Shown in pieces: positions 58,901-64,000 of a DNA stretch of 64,000 nucleotides (position 1 is the first letter of the stretch; every line of letters starts with the position of its first letter). The stretch lies in assembly GCA_045535075.1 (NCBI GenBank), contig JAZSKX010000007.1, positions 64,001 through 128,000 of the forward strand. Reading direction: 5' to 3'. The DNA comes from Candidatus Spyradenecus sp. Its GTDB lineage: Bacteria > Verrucomicrobiota > Verrucomicrobiia > Opitutales > UBA953. The notes below the pieces were generated by a model, which saw only the letters and a list, made by a program, of their open reading frames with translations, did no database searches and had not been told where the DNA came from. The position numbers were made by a program, and so were the translations under genes.

Positions 58901-59209
58901 GCGGGAACGTATGATTTCTATACGAAAAACGGTATCGCGTGCGAATTGATTAAAAAACAGCACGAAGGACGCCCGAATATCGTGGACGGCATCGTCAACC
59001 GGGAAATTTCGCTCATCGTCAACACGCCGGTCGGCAAACGCTCGGTTATCGACGATTCCTACATCCGCAAAAACGCCATCAAGCTCCGCGTGCCGTATTT
59101 CACGACACTCGCGGCGGCACTGGCAACGGTGCAGGGCATCGCCGCCGTCAAGGCGGGAACGGTCGATGTCGATTCGCTCCAAGCCCACCACGGCAAATTA
59201 AAAGCTTAA
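55997..59209 (+). CDS. carB: Carbamoyl-phosphate synthase large subunit
   Basis: [30 protein letters not shown], duplicated ATP-grasp halves, C-terminal MGS domain. Confidence 0.97.
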   Translation: [1070 protein letters not shown]

Positions 59210-59225
59210 AGCTTAAAAAATGTAC

Positions 59226-59267
59226 AAAAAAACGTTTCCGCGACTTTGATCGCGGGAACGTTTTTTT
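59226..59267. terminator. Bidirectional terminator between carB and skp built from the motif pair
   Basis: A7-CGTTTCCGCGA-CTTTGA-TCGCGGGAACG-T7. Confidence 0.9.
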
Positions 59268-59285
59268 GTGGATGAAAATTCGAAC

Positions 59286-59879
59286 TTATTGAGCGGATTT
59301 CTTAGAGGTTTTGTCCTCTTTCTTTTCCGCCGGGAAGAGTTCGGCGAGGCGTTCCTGAATCGCCTTGGTGATGTCGGCTTCGGGAGTGAAGTAGACAACG
59401 GTATTCGGTGCAGTATTCAGAACGATATCGATTTTATTTGCCTTTGCGTATTCCTGAATGACGGGAACGATTTCTTTGATGATTTTGCTGAGTTCGGTAT
59501 TCCGTTTATCTTCGATGGCCTGCTTGGCGGCTGCAAGAGCTTCAGAGAGCTCCTGGCGCTCTTTGAGGATTGTTTTGTTGAGTTCGACCGCTTCAGCTTT
59601 TGCCTTTTCCTTAGCGGATTCGCTGTTCATCGGATTTTCGATTTCCTTGACGAGTTTTTGCAGCGCTTCCGCTTTTTTCTGCAATTCGGCAACGGAACTT
59701 TTTTCCTGTTCCTGAACGAGGAGGATGTCGGCTTTCAATTTTTCAAGCGCGATCGGCGTTTTGGAGAAGCTTTGAATAACGGCATCCATGTTGATGATCG
59801 CCGTTTTCGTGGCTTGTGCGAAAAGCGTTCCCGCGGAAATAGCGAGAATCGCGACGAGTGTGGTGAGTTTTTTGAACAT
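59286..59879 (-). CDS. skp: OmpH/Skp periplasmic chaperone
   Basis: Signal peptide, KTAIINMD, long coiled coil, DIVL...VVY....DIT; directly downstream of bamA; start set to ATG 59879. Confidence 0.85.
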   Translation of the reverse strand: MFKKLTTLVAILAISAGTLFAQATKTAIINMDAVIQSFSKTPIALEKLKADILLVQEQEKSSVAELQKKAEALQKLVKEIENPMNSESAKEKAKAEAVELNKTILKERQELSEALAAAKQAIEDKRNTELSKIIKEIVPVIQEYAKANKIDIVLNTAPNTVVYFTPEADITKAIQERLAELFPAEKKEDKTSKKSAQ

Positions 59880-59895
59880 AATTTTTGTATAATAA

Positions 59896-62553
59896 TTAGA
59901 AACTGGTTCCGAAGGAAATGTTAAAACGCATTCCGTCGTCATTTTCTTCCGATGTGTGAATCGGGAAGCCGATGTCGAGGTTGAGCAGGGCTCCCCAAAC
60001 AAGCATGCGGAAGCCGAATCCGACGTCGTCATTCCATTCCCGCGGCGAGAAATCGAAAGAATCCTCATTGACGAAGCCGCCGTCGTAGAACAGGGCGAAG
60101 CGCAGTTGCTCCAACAGTTTAATCGTATATTCTGCGGAAATGAAAGCGCCGGAGTCGCCGCCTAGCGGTTCGTCTTCTACGAAGGGCCCGACGTGCGCGT
60201 AGCGGAATCCTCTCAGGTTGTAAGGCCCGCCGTATTTAATTTTCTCAAAGAAAGGAACATAGCTGTCGCCGAATGCGTGTGCGGTATCGGCGCGCATGCG
60301 TAATTTAACGGTTTGATCCTGATAATCAAAAATCGGGAACCATCGGGCGGCATCGAGGCGCATTTTATAGTAGGTACAATCGCCGCCGAAGGGACCGCCG
60401 ACTAATTCGTTTGTGAAGACGATTTTCGTTCCCGAGTTCGGGAAGAGGTAGCTGTCGCGCGTGTCGCGGGAAAGACTGAGCCCGCCGCGGGAAAGCAATG
60501 TGTAGCCGGCCTCGTCCCAAATAAATTGCGGAACATCCCACTCGATGTCTTTGATTTCGTAATTGTCGATTTTGTAGTACAGCGTTCCGTAGACGCGCTC
60601 AAAGAGGCGGCGGCGGCCGTAGATTTTTACGCCGGCGTCGACGGTGTTGTAGCTTGAGCTGACATAGGAGTCGGATTTGTAGTAGGCGTCATATCCGACG
60701 GCGATTTCGCGTCCGAAGACCATGGGTTCTTCGAACGATTGTTCGATTGTCGAAGAATTCGTGCCGACTTGAATGCGGAAGCGGAATTTTTGCCCGCCGC
60801 CGCGGAAATAATTGCGATAGTTAAAGATGTCGAAATTGGATTCGGAAAATTCGATGTACGCCGAAAGACTTTCGACAGTTGAAAATCCGCCGCCGAAATT
60901 GAACGATCCCGTCGGAGCTTCGGTAACGCTGACGACCAGATCTTTTTGCCCCGGAATCGGGGTATCTGCCGGGCGGAGGGAGATCGTGGATTGCCCGTTC
61001 GGTTGGCGGAAATAGCTCGTATTTTTTAGGCGCGATTCAGAGGTTTTCATGCGCACCATGTCGAAGACTTCACCGGGAGCGAGGACGAGTTCCCGCAGGA
61101 TAATCTCCGATTTTGTAGTCGTGTTGCCTTCGATTTTTACCGAACGCAGGTAAGATTTTTCGCCTTCGACAATTTTAAATTTAACAACGACTTTTCCCGT
61201 GTCGACATCCGGTTCCCGTGTTACCGAAACACGACAATTCAGATAGCCGACCTGTCCGTAGTAATCACGAATTTTTTCCGTCGCGACTTCGACGGCGCGC
61301 GGCGAGTAAGCCATGCCCGGGAAAAGCAAATCGTGGTAAACATCGTCCCCGCGACGCACGCCGCGCGGCGAGTACTGAGCGAGCATTGCAACAATCGCCT
61401 GCTGAGAAAAACGTGCGTGCTCTTTACCTAAGTCGTTCCCGCTGATTTGAATTTCGTCGACAAAGTAGCGCATGCCTTCCGAAATCGTGATTTCAAGCGG
61501 CAAATCGCCTTCCGTTTCGGTGTTGTTGACGAAGCTGTAGCCTTCTTCGAGTTCTTCCCGCGGTTGCCCGTAAACCTGGACATCGAGGAAGCCGTTATTT
61601 TGATAGAAATTCGTCAGTTCGACCAAGTCCCGCTGATAAGTGGCGTAATTGAATCGTCCGAGGTCGCGAATCGGAGAAAATTTCAGGAAGCGGTTACCCG
61701 GCCATTCCGAGAAATCGAAGGTGTAAGCCCATGTCGATGTTTGCATGACATTACGCAATGTCATGTCGTCAAAGCTTTTGTTCCCGATAAATTTGATTTC
61801 GGTAACGCGGGTATTTAGGTTTTCTTCGATAACAAAGGTTACGGTTGCCGTGCCTTTTTCCTTGTCGACTTTGATTTGCGGAGAAACTTTGACGAAGGGG
61901 AATTTGGCTTCGTATTTTTTCTTAATTTTTTCGGCGGATCGCATGACGAGGCTACGATCCAACGGCGCGCCGACCGTCATGCCGGCATCCGTACACTCTT
62001 TGATGAGTTTGCCGCGGAAAAATCCGATAACGGCGTTTTCGGAATCCGGTTTCGTCGAATCGTAATCGTTGACAATGATTTGTTCGTACTCCGATTGCGC
62101 TTCGGGGGTTCCGCCTTCCCATTCTTTATTGCCTTCGAAATAAATGCCGACGAGGAGCGGGCGCGCGACGTAGGAAATCTGAATGTCGAGCGTTTCTTGC
62201 TCCGAATCCAAAATCGGGTCAACGGTAACAAAGTCAAAAAGCCCTGTTTCGAAGAGCGATCGGATGGTTTTGGATTGTTCGGGGCGCGTGTATTCGCTTC
62301 CGGGTTTGAGATAAACATGTGCGGCGATAAGCGCTTCGTCGATTTCGGGACCGCCTTCATTTTTGAAAATGAGATTGCGGACGAAAAGTTTTTTAGCGGC
62401 TTGGCGGGGTGCGGCGTTTGTGCGCGCGTTTCCGCCGGTCGCGGGTGTTGCCTGCTGTGCGGAAAGCGGAAGCGTTCCCGCGGCGATGAAAAATGCGAGT
62501 GTTCCCGCGAATGCGGCGAAAGATTGGGAAAAGACTGGCTTGGCTGGACGCAT
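59896..62553 (-). CDS. bamA: Outer membrane protein assembly factor BamA
   Basis: POTRA repeats (GN..T...I.REL), GSFNFGGGFS, LRGF motif, C-terminal GTSF. Confidence 0.93.
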   Translation of the reverse strand: MRPAKPVFSQSFAAFAGTLAFFIAAGTLPLSAQQATPATGGNARTNAAPRQAAKKLFVRNLIFKNEGGPEIDEALIAAHVYLKPGSEYTRPEQSKTIRSLFETGLFDFVTVDPILDSEQETLDIQISYVARPLLVGIYFEGNKEWEGGTPEAQSEYEQIIVNDYDSTKPDSENAVIGFFRGKLIKECTDAGMTVGAPLDRSLVMRSAEKIKKKYEAKFPFVKVSPQIKVDKEKGTATVTFVIEENLNTRVTEIKFIGNKSFDDMTLRNVMQTSTWAYTFDFSEWPGNRFLKFSPIRDLGRFNYATYQRDLVELTNFYQNNGFLDVQVYGQPREELEEGYSFVNNTETEGDLPLEITISEGMRYFVDEIQISGNDLGKEHARFSQQAIVAMLAQYSPRGVRRGDDVYHDLLFPGMAYSPRAVEVATEKIRDYYGQVGYLNCRVSVTREPDVDTGKVVVKFKIVEGEKSYLRSVKIEGNTTTKSEIILRELVLAPGEVFDMVRMKTSESRLKNTSYFRQPNGQSTISLRPADTPIPGQKDLVVSVTEAPTGSFNFGGGFSTVESLSAYIEFSESNFDIFNYRNYFRGGGQKFRFRIQVGTNSSTIEQSFEEPMVFGREIAVGYDAYYKSDSYVSSSYNTVDAGVKIYGRRRLFERVYGTLYYKIDNYEIKDIEWDVPQFIWDEAGYTLLSRGGLSLSRDTRDSYLFPNSGTKIVFTNELVGGPFGGDCTYYKMRLDAARWFPIFDYQDQTVKLRMRADTAHAFGDSYVPFFEKIKYGGPYNLRGFRYAHVGPFVEDEPLGGDSGAFISAEYTIKLLEQLRFALFYDGGFVNEDSFDFSPREWNDDVGFGFRMLVWGALLNLDIGFPIHTSEENDDGMRFNISFGTSF

Positions 62554-64000
62554 CAGAAATTCGGTTCGCTGATGTTGGTGGCGGGAGTTTCGAAACGGGT
62601 GATGTTGCTGTGGAAATGTAGAGGGATGTCTCCGGTCGGCCCGTTGCGTTGCTTGGCAATGATGAGAACGCGTTCCCGCAAGTCGCGCTGGCGTTCTTCC
62701 TCGTCTTCCGTCGGAGATTTTTTTTGTCCGCCGCGCTTGATGTCGATGAGCATGATGACGTCGGCGTCCTGTTCGATGGAGCCGGATTCGCGCAGGTCGC
62801 TCGCGCGCGGCTTGCGGTCTTCTTTGTCGGAATCGCGGTTCAGCTGGGCGAGAGCGATAATCGGGATCCCGAATTCTTTTGCCATTGCTTTGATGGAGCG
62901 CGAAGCTTCGGCGATTTGTTGTTCGCGCGGCATGCGGGAATCCGTGCCGTTAATGAGCTGTAAATAGTCGATGATAATCAGCGAAAGCGGCGTGCGTGCG
63001 TGGATGCGGCGTGCCTTGGCGCGAATTTCCATGATAGTTTGTCCGCCGAGGTCGTCGATGATGAGCTTTCGCTTTTCGTAGTCTTTCGACATTTCGTAAA
63101 GCTTTTGAACCTGCTCGGCAGTGCCGAATCCTTTTTGGAGATTTCGCAAATTGACGCGGGATTTTGACGCCAGCAAACGTTGCATCAAATCCTCTTTCGT
63201 CATTTCGAGACTGAACATCAGGACGGCGCGCGGTTTTTTCCCAGCGGCTTCCCGCTTTTTGTCGAACAGCGCGGCTTCAATAAAGTTGAGCGCGATGGAG
63301 GTTTTCCCCATACCCGGACGTGCAGCGACGACGATCATTTGCCCGGGATGAAAACCGAAAGTCATTTGGTCAAGCTGGGTAAATCCGGTCGGAACGCCGT
63401 GAATCGCGCCGCGGTTTTTTTCCATTTGACGTAAAATTTCGAGCGTGCGTGCGACGAGACCGCCGACCTGATCGGTGCTTTCTGCCGTCTCTTGGATGTT
63501 GTCTCCCGCGATCTCGAAGAACGATTTTTCGACGCGGTCGAGAATCATGCGGATGTCATCGCCGTCCGAAAATGCGCGCTCAACGGTTTGCGTCGCCGTC
63601 GTGATGAGTTTTCGTCGGAAATATTTTTCTTTAACGATTTCGAGCCAGTGCGGCGCGTGAACGGTTGTGGCGACTTTATTTTCGAGTTCCCGCAGGTAAA
63701 TGTGCCCGCCGGCGGCTTCAAGCTTGCCCAACTCGGTCAGCTTTTCGAGCAGGGTAATAATGTCAATGCCTTTGCCCTCGTTGCTGAGTGCGGAGAGCGC
63801 TTCGTAAATGACCTGATGTTCGGTCCGAAAAAAAGTTTCGGGAACGACTTTTTGAGTTTGGCAGTCTGCGAGAATGTCGCCTCCGCCGTCCAAGATAATT
63901 GCGGAGAGCAAGCCTTGTTCGGCTTCTTCGTTGTGCGGCGGAATACGATTCGCGAAAACGGAGGCATCGGAATCCGCGTGCCGGTTGCGGGAGCGCGTGT
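62553..64000 (-). CDS. dnaB: Replicative DNA helicase (5' end lies beyond the window)
   Basis: PPHNEEAEQGLL, AARPGMGKT, FSLEM, IDYLQL, LAQLNR, DLRESGSIEQDAD, AKQRNGPTG; frame open to the window edge. Confidence 0.96.
   Translation of the reverse strand, partial: TRSRNRHADSDASVFANRIPPHNEEAEQGLLSAIILDGGGDILADCQTQKVVPETFFRTEHQVIYEALSALSNEGKGIDIITLLEKLTELGKLEAAGGHIYLRELENKVATTVHAPHWLEIVKEKYFRRKLITTATQTVERAFSDGDDIRMILDRVEKSFFEIAGDNIQETAESTDQVGGLVARTLEILRQMEKNRGAIHGVPTGFTQLDQMTFGFHPGQMIVVAARPGMGKTSIALNFIEAALFDKKREAAGKKPRAVLMFSLEMTKEDLMQRLLASKSRVNLRNLQKGFGTAEQVQKLYEMSKDYEKRKLIIDDLGGQTIMEIRAKARRIHARTPLSLIIIDYLQLINGTDSRMPREQQIAEASRSIKAMAKEFGIPIIALAQLNRDSDKEDRKPRASDLRESGSIEQDADVIMLIDIKRGGQKKSPTEDEEERQRDLRERVLIIAKQRNGPTGDIPLHFHSNITRFETPATNISEPNF

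Noticed and set aside
59896..64000. dnaB stop overlapping the bamA start as an unusual fusion or intein
   Set aside because: It is a simple TGATG translational coupling. DnaB motifs are contiguous with no intein-sized insertion in the visible part.

Overview
A 64-kb core-chromosome segment of a ~53% GC, fermentative, Gram-negative bacterium. It is most likely Verrucomicrobiota/Opitutales, inferred from a Verru_Chthon-cassette-A-like gene, the dnaB-bamA-skp order and the autotransporters. It carries about 40 mostly housekeeping CDS (topB, argF, parB, rbfA, sdaAB/sdaAA, malQ, aroQ, pflBA, sufS, thiC, carB, skp, bamA, dnaB), two autotransporters, a tandem Na+/Pi transporter duplication, tRNA-Gly(CCC) and rnpB. 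The dominant unexplained signal is a non-palindromic 8-12-mer, (TC)GCGGGAAC(GC)/(GC)GTTCCCGC(GA). I counted about 135 perfect 8-mer copies by hand (~2 per kb) against roughly 2-3 expected by chance. It occurs inside genes (often read as Ala-Gly-Thr or Val-Pro-Ala), forms the inverted-repeat stems of at least seven terminators, sits in promoter spacers and in two helices of the RNase P RNA, and is absent from a small foreign islet at tRNA-Gly. These are the hallmarks of a DNA uptake sequence (DUS/USS), which I know only from Neisseriaceae and Pasteurellaceae, so it may be an undescribed self-DNA uptake system. Secondary findings are a candidate structured attenuator/riboswitch upstream of carB, promoters with a GAnnnT -10 box, a subtilase autotransporter that appears to lack its catalytic Asp, an A73 tRNA-Gly, and a dual-coding polyvalent-protein remnant. 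All counts and alignments were done by eye.
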